A stretch of DNA of 64,000 nucleotides from Sediminibacterium ginsengisoli (GTDB lineage: Bacteria; Bacteroidota; Bacteroidia; Chitinophagales; Chitinophagaceae). Shown one piece after another: positions 21,305 to 30,551 of the stretch (position 1 is its first letter; every line of letters begins with the position of its first letter). The notes beneath the pieces are model-generated. The model worked only from the letters and a program-made list of their open reading frames with translations. It was not told the origin of the DNA and ran no database searches. The stretch spans positions 10,137 through 74,136 of the forward strand of contig CAMCDT010000004.1 of assembly GCA_945873615.1 (NCBI GenBank). The letters run 5' to 3'. Both the position numbers and the translations under genes were made by a program.

Positions 21305-23689
21305 TTACTCTGCCATAACAGCTCTCACAGCTTCAATAACATCTTCGGTGTTGGGCTTACTAAAGTAATCGCCATCACTACCATAACCTGGCCTATGCGC
21401 TTTTGCAGCAAGGGTTCTAGGACTTGCGTCTAACCACTTGTAACCACCTTGCTCTTCCATAACCTGCGTAAACATATATGCAGTAGCCCCACCCGGAACA
21501 TCTTCATCAACAAATAAAATGCGGTTGGTTTTTTGTAATGATTTTACAATGCTGTGGTTGATATCAAAAGGAAGTAATGTTTGAACGTCAATGAGTTCTA
21601 CCGAAATTCCTTCATGTGCTAAACGAACAATGGCCTCTTCAATAATACGTAGCGTAGAGCCATATGAAACAATGGTGATATCAGTTCCTTCATTGATAAT
21701 TTCTGGAATACCTAATGGCACAGAAAATTCAAGTAAATTATTAGGTAATTTTTCTTTGAGTCTATATCCGTTTAAACACTCAATTACAATTGCCGGATCG
21801 TTAGATTGCAAAAGTGTATTGTACATGCCTGCCGCTTGCACCATATTGCGCGGTACACAAACATACATGCCACGAAGTGCATTTACAATCATACCCATGG
21901 GTGATCCACTATGCCAAATTCCTTCAAGACGGTGCCCTCTTGTTCTAATAATGACAGGGCAACTTTGCTGACCATTGGTTCTATAATGCGTAGTTGCAAC
22001 ATCATCACTTAAAGGCTGCAAGCCATAGAGTAAATAGTCGAGATATTGAATTTCGGCAATAGGCCTTAAACCTCTAACAGCCATACCCACGGCTTGTCCT
22101 ACAATAGTAAGCTCTCTAATACCGGTATCAGAAATTCGGTCAGCACCATGCTTTTCTTGCAGTCCAGCAAACCCCTGATTTACGTCTCCAATATATCCAA
22201 CGTCTTCACCAAAAGCATATACTTTATTGTTGCTAGCAAATAATGCATCAAAATATTTATTGAGTACCTCGTAAGCGTTTACAGTGGGTGCATCAGGCGC
22301 ATAGGTAACCTGAACGGCAGGTACTCGAAGTGCCGATTTTGGACCTTCGTTGTATAAGAAAGTATTAAATAATTTGGCTGCTTCCGTTTTTAACACCGAT
22401 GCATACTGCGTTACTTTTTCTACGCCTTTAACACCAACAGCTGCTTCACTAACTTTAGCAAGCGCTTTTAAAACATCTCTTCTAAGGGGTTCTTTATTAG
22501 CCGATAGCTCAGCAACTATTTGCTGCACAGCAGGACTCATCACTTGTAATCCGCCAATAATTTGAACTGCTTGTTCTGCTTGTTTTTGAATAGGACCAAT
22601 AAACTTGTCCCAGGCATTTGCTTTTGCCTCTTTCACAAATTCTTTTGCTTCAACCTCAACACTATTTAACTCGGTTGTTGTTGCGAGGCCGGACGCTAAC
22701 ATCCACTCACGCATTTTTTTGATGCAATCCCAGTTTTTTTCCCACTCTAAACGCTCTGCTGATTTGTAACGCTCGTGGCTACCACTTGTAGAATGGCCCT
22801 GGGGTTGCGTTACCTCTTCGATATGAAAAAGAGCGGGTGTATGCGTATCTCTAATTTTTTGTAAGCCCTCTTCAAACACTTCACACATACCGGCGTAATC
22901 CCAGGCCTTTGCTTTATATATTTCGATACCATTGGTGTCTGCTAATTTTTGCATACCCGCAAGTGCGTCAGAAATTGAATTTTTTGTTGTTTGTAAATTT
23001 TTAGGAACAGAAATACCATAACCATCATCCCAAACAAAAACAGCTAGTGGAACTTGTAATACAGCTGCTGCGTTAATGGATTCCCAAAAATGACCTTCCG
23101 ATGTACTGGCATCTCCAATGGTACAAAAACAAATTTCGTTACCATGGTTACTCAAATTTGTATGTAAGGCTTGATTTTTTTGTTGTGCTTCTCTAAAACA
23201 TTTAGATGCAAAGGCAAGTCCAACAGCGCGAGGCATTTGACCTGCTGTAGGCGCCATGTCAGCAGAAGAATTTTTTTGATTAACTACATCGAGCCAATTA
23301 CCATTTATATCTACCGTGGGTGTAACAAAGTGAGAACTCATTTGTCTACCCGCACAAAAAATATCATGGTTGCTATCAGGGTCTGCAAATAATTGAGAAA
23401 AATATTGTTCTACAGTTGCGATACCTGCCGCAAACATAAAAGTTTGATCTCTGTAATATCCAGATCTGAAATCTCCGTTTTTAAAATATTTTGCAAGCGC
23501 TACTTGCGCTACTTCTTTACCGTCACCAAAAATGCCAAACTTGGCTTTCCCTGTTAATACTTCTCTTCTACCCAGCAAACTAACTTCCCTACTAATGAGC
23601 GAAATCTTGTAATCCTGAATCACCGTATTACGAAATCCCTCAAAGGATAACATCTCGGTTTGCGGTGCTGGCGAAGCAATTAATTCCAT
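21305..23689 (-). CDS. 2-oxoacid dehydrogenase E1, fused alpha/beta (branched-chain type likely)
   Basis: GKAKFGIFGDGKE, TPP motif GDASTSEGHFWES, FGEDVG, IRELTI, AEIQYLDY, VELIDVQTLLP. Start set at 23689 (MELIASP). Confidence 0.93.
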   Translation of the reverse strand: MELIASPAPQTEMLSFEGFRNTVIQDYKISLISREVSLLGRREVLTGKAKFGIFGDGKEVAQVALAKYFKNGDFRSGYYRDQTFMFAAGIATVEQYFSQLFADPDSNHDIFCAGRQMSSHFVTPTVDINGNWLDVVNQKNSSADMAPTAGQMPRAVGLAFASKCFREAQQKNQALHTNLSNHGNEICFCTIGDASTSEGHFWESINAAAVLQVPLAVFVWDDGYGISVPKNLQTTKNSISDALAGMQKLADTNGIEIYKAKAWDYAGMCEVFEEGLQKIRDTHTPALFHIEEVTQPQGHSTSGSHERYKSAERLEWEKNWDCIKKMREWMLASGLATTTELNSVEVEAKEFVKEAKANAWDKFIGPIQKQAEQAVQIIGGLQVMSPAVQQIVAELSANKEPLRRDVLKALAKVSEAAVGVKGVEKVTQYASVLKTEAAKLFNTFLYNEGPKSALRVPAVQVTYAPDAPTVNAYEVLNKYFDALFASNNKVYAFGEDVGYIGDVNQGFAGLQEKHGADRISDTGIRELTIVGQAVGMAVRGLRPIAEIQYLDYLLYGLQPLSDDVATTHYRTNGQQSCPVIIRTRGHRLEGIWHSGSPMGMIVNALRGMYVCVPRNMVQAAGMYNTLLQSNDPAIVIECLNGYRLKEKLPNNLLEFSVPLGIPEIINEGTDITIVSYGSTLRIIEEAIVRLAHEGISVELIDVQTLLPFDINHSIVKSLQKTNRILFVDEDVPGGATAYMFTQVMEEQGGYKWLDASPRTLAAKAHRPGYGSDGDYFSKPNTEDVIEAVRAVMAE

Positions 23690-23693
23690 GTCA

Positions 23694-23701
23694 CAAAAAT
23701 A
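23694..23701 (-). promoter_or_regulatory. -7 element (TATTTTTG) 4 nt before the E1 ATG (leaderless-type)
   Basis: Minus strand reads TATTTTTG-TGAC-ATG. Confidence 0.55.
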
Positions 23702-23867
23702 GCATTCGAGAGGCATTAGAAAAGGGTTGTTTATGAATTTGGGGATAAATGTCAGCCATCCTTAACAAAGCCTATTTTTAACAATTTAGCCTTTTTTTAA
23801 GCCTATTTTGACAGAAAATTGAACTATAAATGATACTTTTACAGGGCATTTTAAACAAAGCACTTAT

Positions 23868-24245
23868 ATGAAAAAGATTTTAGCACTCACTTTATCAGCC
23901 ATTATTGTCTCAATGAGCGTTTTTGCGCAACAAGACATCAAATTTGTTGAAGGCTCATTTAATTTTGGAAAAATTGCTCAAGGCACTCCAGTAACCCACG
24001 TTTTTACCTTTAAAAACGCAGGTGCAAAGCCAGCAGTTGTTGAATATTGCACTGCAGAATGTGGCTGTACCACTCCTGAAGTTACCAAAGAACCTATTTT
24101 ACCAGGTAAATCAAGTACTGTTAAAGTAACTTACAATGCTGCTAGCATGGGTAACTTTACCAAGCGTGTTACCGTTAAATTAGTAGGCGTTGCCGAGCCA
24201 ATCATCTTAACCATCAATGGTGAAGTTGTTGTTCCTAAAAAATAA
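23868..24245 (+). CDS. DUF1573 domain secreted protein
   Basis: Signal peptide; FNFGKI..G..VTHVFTFKNAG, CGCTTPE, PILPGKS..VKVTYN, FTKRVTV. Confidence 0.9.
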   Translation: MKKILALTLSAIIVSMSVFAQQDIKFVEGSFNFGKIAQGTPVTHVFTFKNAGAKPAVVEYCTAECGCTTPEVTKEPILPGKSSTVKVTYNAASMGNFTKRVTVKLVGVAEPIILTINGEVVVPKK

Positions 24246-24270
24246 TTGTTAAGATTCTGATAATGATCTT

Positions 24271-24300
24271 ACCAGCCTCCTTCGGAGGCTGGTTTTTTTT
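24271..24300 (+). terminator. Intrinsic terminator after the DUF1573 gene
   Basis: ACCAGCCTC-CTTCG-GAGGCTGGT followed by a T run. Confidence 0.9.
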
Positions 24301-24323
24301 GCCCCTGCCTCAAATTGTAAACT

Positions 24324-24331
24324 TATATTTG
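24324..24331 (+). promoter_or_regulatory. -7 element (TATATTTG) 4 nt before the aminotransferase ATG (leaderless-type)
   Basis: TATATTTG-CAAC-ATG, directly after a terminator, so a new transcript is expected here. Confidence 0.65.
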
Positions 24332-24335
24332 CAAC

Positions 24336-25532
24336 ATGTTACAAATCAGCAAACGTGGCATAGAAATGCCTGCCTCACCAATCAGAAAACTAGTTCCCTT
24401 TGCAGAAGCTGCAAAAAAAAGAGGAACAAAAGTATACCACCTCAATATTGGTCAGCCAGATATCGAAACACCTAAAATGGTGCTCGATGCGGTAAGACAT
24501 AGTGATTTTAAAGTACTAGAATATAGCCATAGTGCAGGTAATGAAAGTTACCGTAAAAAATTAGTGGGTTATTATAAAAGTGTGGGCATCGATGTCAACG
24601 AAAAACAAATCATTATTACCACGGGTGGTAGTGAAGCCATTTTGTTTGGCTTTATGGCTTGCCTCGATGCAGGTGACGAAGTAATTATCCCAGAACCTTT
24701 TTATGCCAACTACAATGGTTTTGCAGTAGAAGCTGGCGTAACGGTTGTACCGATCACATCGCATATCGAAAATGGTTTTGCATTACCTCCTATTGAGGCT
24801 ATTGAAGCAAAAATTACGCCGCGCACCAAAGCCATTGTAATTTGTAACCCTAACAATCCAACAGGTTACTTATACAGTGCTGCCGAAATGGAGCAACTAA
24901 AAAGTATTATTCTAAAACACAACTTGTATTTATTTTCTGACGAAGCTTACAGAGAGTTTTGTTACGAAGGCACTCAAATTAGTGCACTGCATTTAACGGG
25001 TGTAGATGATCATGTTGTAATTATGGATACCATCAGTAAAAGATATAGTGCATGTGGTGGTCGAATTGGTGCTTTTATTACTAAAAACCAAGCGTTACTT
25101 GACGCTACCATGAAATTTGCGCAGGCCCGTTTAAGCCCACCAAGTTTTGCGCAAATTGCTGGTGAAGCTGCCATCGATTTACCTGCCAATTATTTTGATG
25201 ATACCAAGGCCGAATACAAATCAAGAAGAGACCTTATTGTTACAAGACTAAATGCGATGGAAGGCGTTTTTTGTCCAAATCCGGGCGGCGCTTTTTATGC
25301 CATGGCTAAATTACCCATTGACGATGCCGACAAATTTTGCCAGTGGTTACTCGAAGACTTTGCTTTTGAAAACCAAACCGTAATGCTTGCGCCTGCTACA
25401 GGATTTTATGGCACGCCAGGTCTTGGCAAACAAGAAGTAAGACTTGCCTATGTTTTAAATTTGGAAGACATCAATAAAGCAATGGACTGTTTAGAAGCAG
25501 CATTAAAAGTATATCCGGGTCTTATAAAATAA
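24336..25532 (+). CDS. Class I/II PLP-dependent aminotransferase (aspartate aminotransferase-like)
   Basis: LNIGQPD, TTGGSEA, ICNPNNPTG, SDEAY, TISKRYSACGGRIG (PLP lysine), PGGAFY. Confidence 0.95.
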   Translation: MLQISKRGIEMPASPIRKLVPFAEAAKKRGTKVYHLNIGQPDIETPKMVLDAVRHSDFKVLEYSHSAGNESYRKKLVGYYKSVGIDVNEKQIIITTGGSEAILFGFMACLDAGDEVIIPEPFYANYNGFAVEAGVTVVPITSHIENGFALPPIEAIEAKITPRTKAIVICNPNNPTGYLYSAAEMEQLKSIILKHNLYLFSDEAYREFCYEGTQISALHLTGVDDHVVIMDTISKRYSACGGRIGAFITKNQALLDATMKFAQARLSPPSFAQIAGEAAIDLPANYFDDTKAEYKSRRDLIVTRLNAMEGVFCPNPGGAFYAMAKLPIDDADKFCQWLLEDFAFENQTVMLAPATGFYGTPGLGKQEVRLAYVLNLEDINKAMDCLEAALKVYPGLIK

Positions 25533-25536
25533 ATGC

Positions 25537-26976
25537 ATGCAAGCAACCCCAAAGCAAACCCTATTTATAAGCGCGTTTTTGGTAGCTGTGGTTACTTTGG
25601 GATCAGTATGTTTTGGCAGCAGCCTTTTTGCGCAAAGCTACAAACCTACGTATGGATCTGCATTTGCCGGAAGCACGAGTATTTTTAATAATCCTGCTTC
25701 TAGTGTAAATCAATCTTTTAAATGGGAGGCTACTATACTCAGTGCTCAAGCCAATATCAATAGCAATGCATTTTATATTCGAAATGATTCAATTGGCATT
25801 CATGAAAGTATGTCTCCAAAATATTTTCATGGTAATGTAGATGTTAATTTATTGAACCTTTTATACAAGCCAAATAACAAACAAGCTTTTAGTGTTGGCA
25901 TTAGAGGAAGAACTTTTAACCATATCAAAACAGAGCCGCTGGTTGCCAAAAATGGCATACAAAGTATGCATGATTTTTTTATGATTAATAGACAAACGCC
26001 TTACTTAGAAGCTTTTCTTACGCACAGTGGCTGGATTGAAGGTAATTTTAATTATTCTCAAGAGATATTTAGAAACCAGAAAAGCACATTAACAGCAGGG
26101 CTTACTTTACAAATCAATAAAAATATTTCTGGCGCATTCGCCACCATTAACAAATTAAGTTATTTAGAAAGCACAAATGGTATAGACACATTGTATACGC
26201 TCACTGCTGGGGGATCTTCATTTGGGTATAGTTCCAATTATGATGAAAATGTAACAGGAGTTCCCAATACCGCCTCCGACTTTATTAAACAAGGTAAAAC
26301 TAATATGGGAATAAGCATTGGTGCAGAGTATTTACTCTACAATACCGAGGCCCATAGCTTTCAAACAAACCATGCTTTAAACTATGCATTAAAAATTGGT
26401 GTTTCCATTATGGACATTGGTGGCTTGTCTTATAAAAACAGTGTTACAAGCAGTGTGTTTAATGGTGTACGTCTAAATATGAATGACCCTCTAATATCAC
26501 GCAAAACCACAGGGATTCAAAATAGTGACCAGTTAAGAGATTCGCTTGCTACCATATTTGCAAGCACAACTCAAATGCCAGAAACATTTACTGTTGCAAA
26601 ACCTACTAGGTTTAATCTAAATATTGACAAGCCCCTTGGCAATGACTTTTATATCAACGCAGACCTTACTGTTAATATGCATGCTAGTGCAGGGCTTACC
26701 AAACGCCGCGTTCGTGACCTCAATTTAATTACGGTTACGCCCCGTTACGAAACCTTACACTTAGGGGTTTATATTCCAGTGCAATACAATACCCAAGGCC
26801 AATTAATGGTGGGTGGCGCTGTTAAACTTGGCCCACTCACGGTTGGCGTTCACCGTTTAAGATGGCTCACTAATTCCAGTAATATGGATAATATATCGGG
26901 AGGTGGTTATGTGATGTTAAGCGTTCACCCAATTAGTCTTAAAAAAATTAAGACCATTATTGACTGCCCAGAATAA
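25537..26976 (+). CDS. Predicted outer-membrane beta-barrel protein, DUF5723-like
   Basis: Signal peptide, SIFNNPAS, amphipathic strands, LKIGVSIMDIG, PTRFNLNID, ITVTPRYE, GGAVKLGPLTVG. Family assigned from memory. Confidence 0.6.
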   Translation: MQATPKQTLFISAFLVAVVTLGSVCFGSSLFAQSYKPTYGSAFAGSTSIFNNPASSVNQSFKWEATILSAQANINSNAFYIRNDSIGIHESMSPKYFHGNVDVNLLNLLYKPNNKQAFSVGIRGRTFNHIKTEPLVAKNGIQSMHDFFMINRQTPYLEAFLTHSGWIEGNFNYSQEIFRNQKSTLTAGLTLQINKNISGAFATINKLSYLESTNGIDTLYTLTAGGSSFGYSSNYDENVTGVPNTASDFIKQGKTNMGISIGAEYLLYNTEAHSFQTNHALNYALKIGVSIMDIGGLSYKNSVTSSVFNGVRLNMNDPLISRKTTGIQNSDQLRDSLATIFASTTQMPETFTVAKPTRFNLNIDKPLGNDFYINADLTVNMHASAGLTKRRVRDLNLITVTPRYETLHLGVYIPVQYNTQGQLMVGGAVKLGPLTVGVHRLRWLTNSSNMDNISGGGYVMLSVHPISLKKIKTIIDCPE

Positions 26977-27008
26977 ATTAACTTTTCCTACCAATCAAAT
27001 TACTAGAT

Positions 27009-28487
27009 ATGGGTATTTATTTTTCTAGCACGCGTATACAAAGGGCTTTTATTGTATTGTGTCTGATTTTTTCAACTGCATGCCGCGAGTCTAGAGAGCT
27101 ATTTGCAGAAGTGGCCCCTCCTAAAAAAATTCAAAGAGTAGTACCTACTCCCATTTATAAAAAAACATTTAAACCAAGGCCTGGCTTCGAACCCTTTGAT
27201 GCTATTGACCGGGTACCGGCTAATTATACTTTTATGTATGAGCCAACTTTTGTAACACAAAAACCGGTTATTAAAAAAAGAATTGGCGAAACCTATGTTC
27301 CAGAAAAATTAACCATCAACACCTATGCTTTTTCAAAAAGCAAAAAAGAAATAAAATTTAGAATGAGCTACCCTACCAATTTAAAAGGGAGCTACCATAA
27401 AATTAATAACGCTGACACCACCAACGCTTTTAGATTTATCAATAAATACAACGATACCTGTTACGTTACTAAATACACATTACAAGAAATACGTGACACC
27501 AGCATTTATCATATTGGCATTATACTAGACCATAGTGGTTCGATGGGCGACGAACGTTGCACCGAATTACAAGACGCGTTATCAGCAAGTTTAAAAAAAA
27601 TGAGTAAGCGTAATTTAGTAAGCTTATGGAAATTTGATTCGGACATTTCTTATGAAGGCACTGCTTACGATAGCGCTACCATCCAAAAAATGTTGTATCG
27701 CAAAAGAGGCATGGATGGATTTGGCGGTGGAACTGCCATAAACGATGCCCTAGACCGTGGCCTAGACACGATGGCCAAATACAATAAATACAAACCCGTA
27801 TTACTTTTATTTACAGACGGATTTGAAAATTCTTCTAAAAATAAAAACACAAAATCTATTGTAGAAAAAGCACTCGTAAATAATATACCAGTTTTTACCA
27901 TCGCCTATAGCGGTGGTGCCGACTCTGTAAATTTAAGGGCCATCGCCAACGAAACAAACGGTATGTATTTTCAGTGCTACGATAGATCGGAATTTGAAGA
28001 AGTATTTAACAATCAACTTTTTTCATTGAACCGCTATTACGAAGTAAGTATGATGCCATGCATGTTTGATTATGAAAAATTAAGCATTAGTGCAGGAACC
28101 GTTAGTGAACAAAAAGCGACTGGCGAAAAAACGTTTAAAGGCATAAGAGAAATAATTTCACTGAATGTGAATTTTGAATTAGACAAACATGATATCATGC
28201 CAAGGTACGTTCAAGAAATTGAGCAGATGGCTGCTTACTTAACTAAAAATAGTACCCTCAGTATTATCATTAGCGGGCACACAGATAACCTTGGTGAAGA
28301 CAACTACAATATTATTTTATCCAACAAAAGAGCCGAAGCCGTTAAAGCAGCGCTTGTTAAATTAGGTATTGCAGCAGGGCGCATTGCCACTATTGGCAAA
28401 GGAGAATCGGATCCATTAACCGCAAACGATACAGACAGTAACCGTTTTAGAAACAGAAGAATTGAAGTTGAAATCGTAAACAATTAA
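27009..28487 (+). CDS. Lipoprotein with a vWA domain and a C-terminal OmpA-like peptidoglycan-binding domain
   Basis: Lipobox FSTA-C; MIDAS DHSGS...GGGTAINDAL...LFTDG; OmpA C-terminus VNFELDK, ISGHTDNLG, NIILSNKRAEAV, GKGESDP, NRRIEV. Confidence 0.85.
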   Translation: MGIYFSSTRIQRAFIVLCLIFSTACRESRELFAEVAPPKKIQRVVPTPIYKKTFKPRPGFEPFDAIDRVPANYTFMYEPTFVTQKPVIKKRIGETYVPEKLTINTYAFSKSKKEIKFRMSYPTNLKGSYHKINNADTTNAFRFINKYNDTCYVTKYTLQEIRDTSIYHIGIILDHSGSMGDERCTELQDALSASLKKMSKRNLVSLWKFDSDISYEGTAYDSATIQKMLYRKRGMDGFGGGTAINDALDRGLDTMAKYNKYKPVLLLFTDGFENSSKNKNTKSIVEKALVNNIPVFTIAYSGGADSVNLRAIANETNGMYFQCYDRSEFEEVFNNQLFSLNRYYEVSMMPCMFDYEKLSISAGTVSEQKATGEKTFKGIREIISLNVNFELDKHDIMPRYVQEIEQMAAYLTKNSTLSIIISGHTDNLGEDNYNIILSNKRAEAVKAALVKLGIAAGRIATIGKGESDPLTANDTDSNRFRNRRIEVEIVNN

Positions 28488-29338
28488 TCTAGCTTATAAA
28501 AAGCGGCGGCATTGCCTTCAAATATTTTTTGTTGATTTTGTGGCGCTACTAACTTTTCAATAACAGCTTGATACTGATGATGTGTTGTTACATAATCGCC
28601 TGCTAGTAAAGACACGGGCCAGTCTCCACCTATCATACATTTATCTTCTCCAAAATGCTCTAAAACATAGGCCACATAAGGCTCGATGGTAGTAGCAGAC
28701 CAATCATTAAAGTTTGTACAGCAAGTGCCAAGCCCCGAAATTTTAGCATAAAAATTAGGCATAGCAGCAGCTTCGGCTATAGCGTCTCCCCAAGCACCAA
28801 ACCGCTCATTAGTAGCAATGGGCGGATGGTTTAAGTGGTCAAATACCATTTTTAAATGAGGTACTTGTTTAGCTACCTGTATGGCCGCTTTAATGTGCTC
28901 GGTTTTTACACCCACCACATCAAAAGGAACTCCATGATTGGCAAGTATCTCTAAGCTTTTAATCACATCTCGTTGCAGTAGCCAGCTACTGTCCGGTTCG
29001 TCGTGGATTAAATGTCTAATCCCTTTAAAATATTTATTTTGAAGATGCACCTCTAATTGCTTTTTAGCAGTTTCAGGATTTAACAAATCAACCCAACCCA
29101 CAACCCCAATAATCCATGGATACTGCTCAGCACAATCAAACATAAAGGCAGTATCTTCTATACTATTTGCTGCTTGCACCATAATGGCTGCACTAACATT
29201 TGCTGCAGACAACTGTGCCTCAATACCCGATGGATAATAATTTTGCGCTAGTATAGACGTATCGCCATCCAGCCAACTATACCTAACTTTTTGCAAGTCC
29301 CAACTGTGCATGTGGGTATCAATTATTTTTGCCATCAT
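28484..29338 (-). CDS. Amidohydrolase_2 family protein (sugar lactonase-like)
   Basis: IIDTHMHSWD, GVVGWVDL, KGIRHLIH, VFDHLNHPP, KISGL, GGDWPV resemble L-fucono/L-rhamnono-lactonases. Start set at 29338. Confidence 0.8.
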   Translation of the reverse strand: MMAKIIDTHMHSWDLQKVRYSWLDGDTSILAQNYYPSGIEAQLSAANVSAAIMVQAANSIEDTAFMFDCAEQYPWIIGVVGWVDLLNPETAKKQLEVHLQNKYFKGIRHLIHDEPDSSWLLQRDVIKSLEILANHGVPFDVVGVKTEHIKAAIQVAKQVPHLKMVFDHLNHPPIATNERFGAWGDAIAEAAAMPNFYAKISGLGTCCTNFNDWSATTIEPYVAYVLEHFGEDKCMIGGDWPVSLLAGDYVTTHHQYQAVIEKLVAPQNQQKIFEGNAAAFYKLD

Positions 29339-29360
29339 ATTTATTTTATAATGAGTCAGG

Positions 29361-30542
29361 TCAATAATACAAACTCTTAATAATCCCAAGTTCTAACCCT
29401 CTTAACTCCGCAAGGCCACGTAATCTTCCAATAGCAGAATAACCTGGGTTGGTTATTTTATTTAAATCATCTAACATTTGATGTCCATGATCGGGCCTCA
29501 TTGGAATTGAAAGGTTTCGCTTACGCATCACTTCAATAATTTCTTTGACCACCCGGTACATATCTACATCGCCTTCTAAATGATTATCTTCAAAAAAGTC
29601 GCCTTTGTCATTTCGTTTGGTACTACGCAAATGAATAAAGTTGATACGGTCACCAAAATTACTAACCATACCTGGCAAATTATTATCGGGCCTTACACCA
29701 AATGATCCTGTACAAAAACAAAGCCCATTAGACATAGAAGGTACAGCTTCAAATAATGCCTGAATGTCTGCAGCTGTGCTCACCACCCTTGGCAATCCTA
29801 AAATAGAATACGGTGGATCGTCTGGGTGAATCACCATTTTAACGCCACAAGACTCGGCTATTGGAATAATTTGATCTAAAAAATAAATAAGATGTGCTCT
29901 TAATTTTTTGGCATCAATATGATCATATGCAGCAAGTGCATTTCTAAACGCTTCCATGGTAAAACTTTCTTCACTACCCGGAAGCCCCTTAATCATATTG
30001 TGCTGGAGTTCTAATTTTTGAGCATCCGTCATTTTTGAGAAGCGCTGTTTAGCAAGTTCCAATTCAGCAGGCGAATAATCCTTTGTTGCATTTTTTCTTT
30101 CCAAAATATATACATCAAAAGCGGCAACGGCTGCCTTTTCATAAAGTAGCGCCAAAGATTTATCCGGCATTTCGTACTTTAAATTGGTACGCGTCCAATC
30201 CATCACAGGCATAAAATTATAGGTCACAATTTTAATGCCGCAGCTACTTAAATTTTGTATGGTTTGCTTATAGTTGGCAATGTATTTTTCAAACCCAACT
30301 ACCTGCGTTTTAACCGCTTCATGCACCGGTACGCTTTCAACAACATCCCAGGTCAGTCCGGCAGCTTCAATGATATTAATGCGCTCCTGAATAGCACCGA
30401 TACTCCATACTTCACCATTTGGAATTTGATGCAGTGCAGAAACTACACCCGTGCAACCAGCTTGACGTATATCCCATAAACCAACAGGATCGTTAGGACC
30501 ATACCAGCGCATGGTTTGAATCATTTTGGGTTGCTCTTGCAT
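29361..30542 (-). CDS. uxuA: Mannonate dehydratase
   Basis: [82 protein letters not shown]. Confidence 0.97.
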   Translation of the reverse strand: MQEQPKMIQTMRWYGPNDPVGLWDIRQAGCTGVVSALHQIPNGEVWSIGAIQERINIIEAAGLTWDVVESVPVHEAVKTQVVGFEKYIANYKQTIQNLSSCGIKIVTYNFMPVMDWTRTNLKYEMPDKSLALLYEKAAVAAFDVYILERKNATKDYSPAELELAKQRFSKMTDAQKLELQHNMIKGLPGSEESFTMEAFRNALAAYDHIDAKKLRAHLIYFLDQIIPIAESCGVKMVIHPDDPPYSILGLPRVVSTAADIQALFEAVPSMSNGLCFCTGSFGVRPDNNLPGMVSNFGDRINFIHLRSTKRNDKGDFFEDNHLEGDVDMYRVVKEIIEVMRKRNLSIPMRPDHGHQMLDDLNKITNPGYSAIGRLRGLAELRGLELGIIKSLYY

Positions 30543-30551
30543 AATCAGTTA

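Noticed and set aside
328-23689. MaeB-PTA fusion, fused E1 alpha/beta and 1102-aa SecA as novelties
   Set aside because: These are well-known, common architectures in Bacteroidota.
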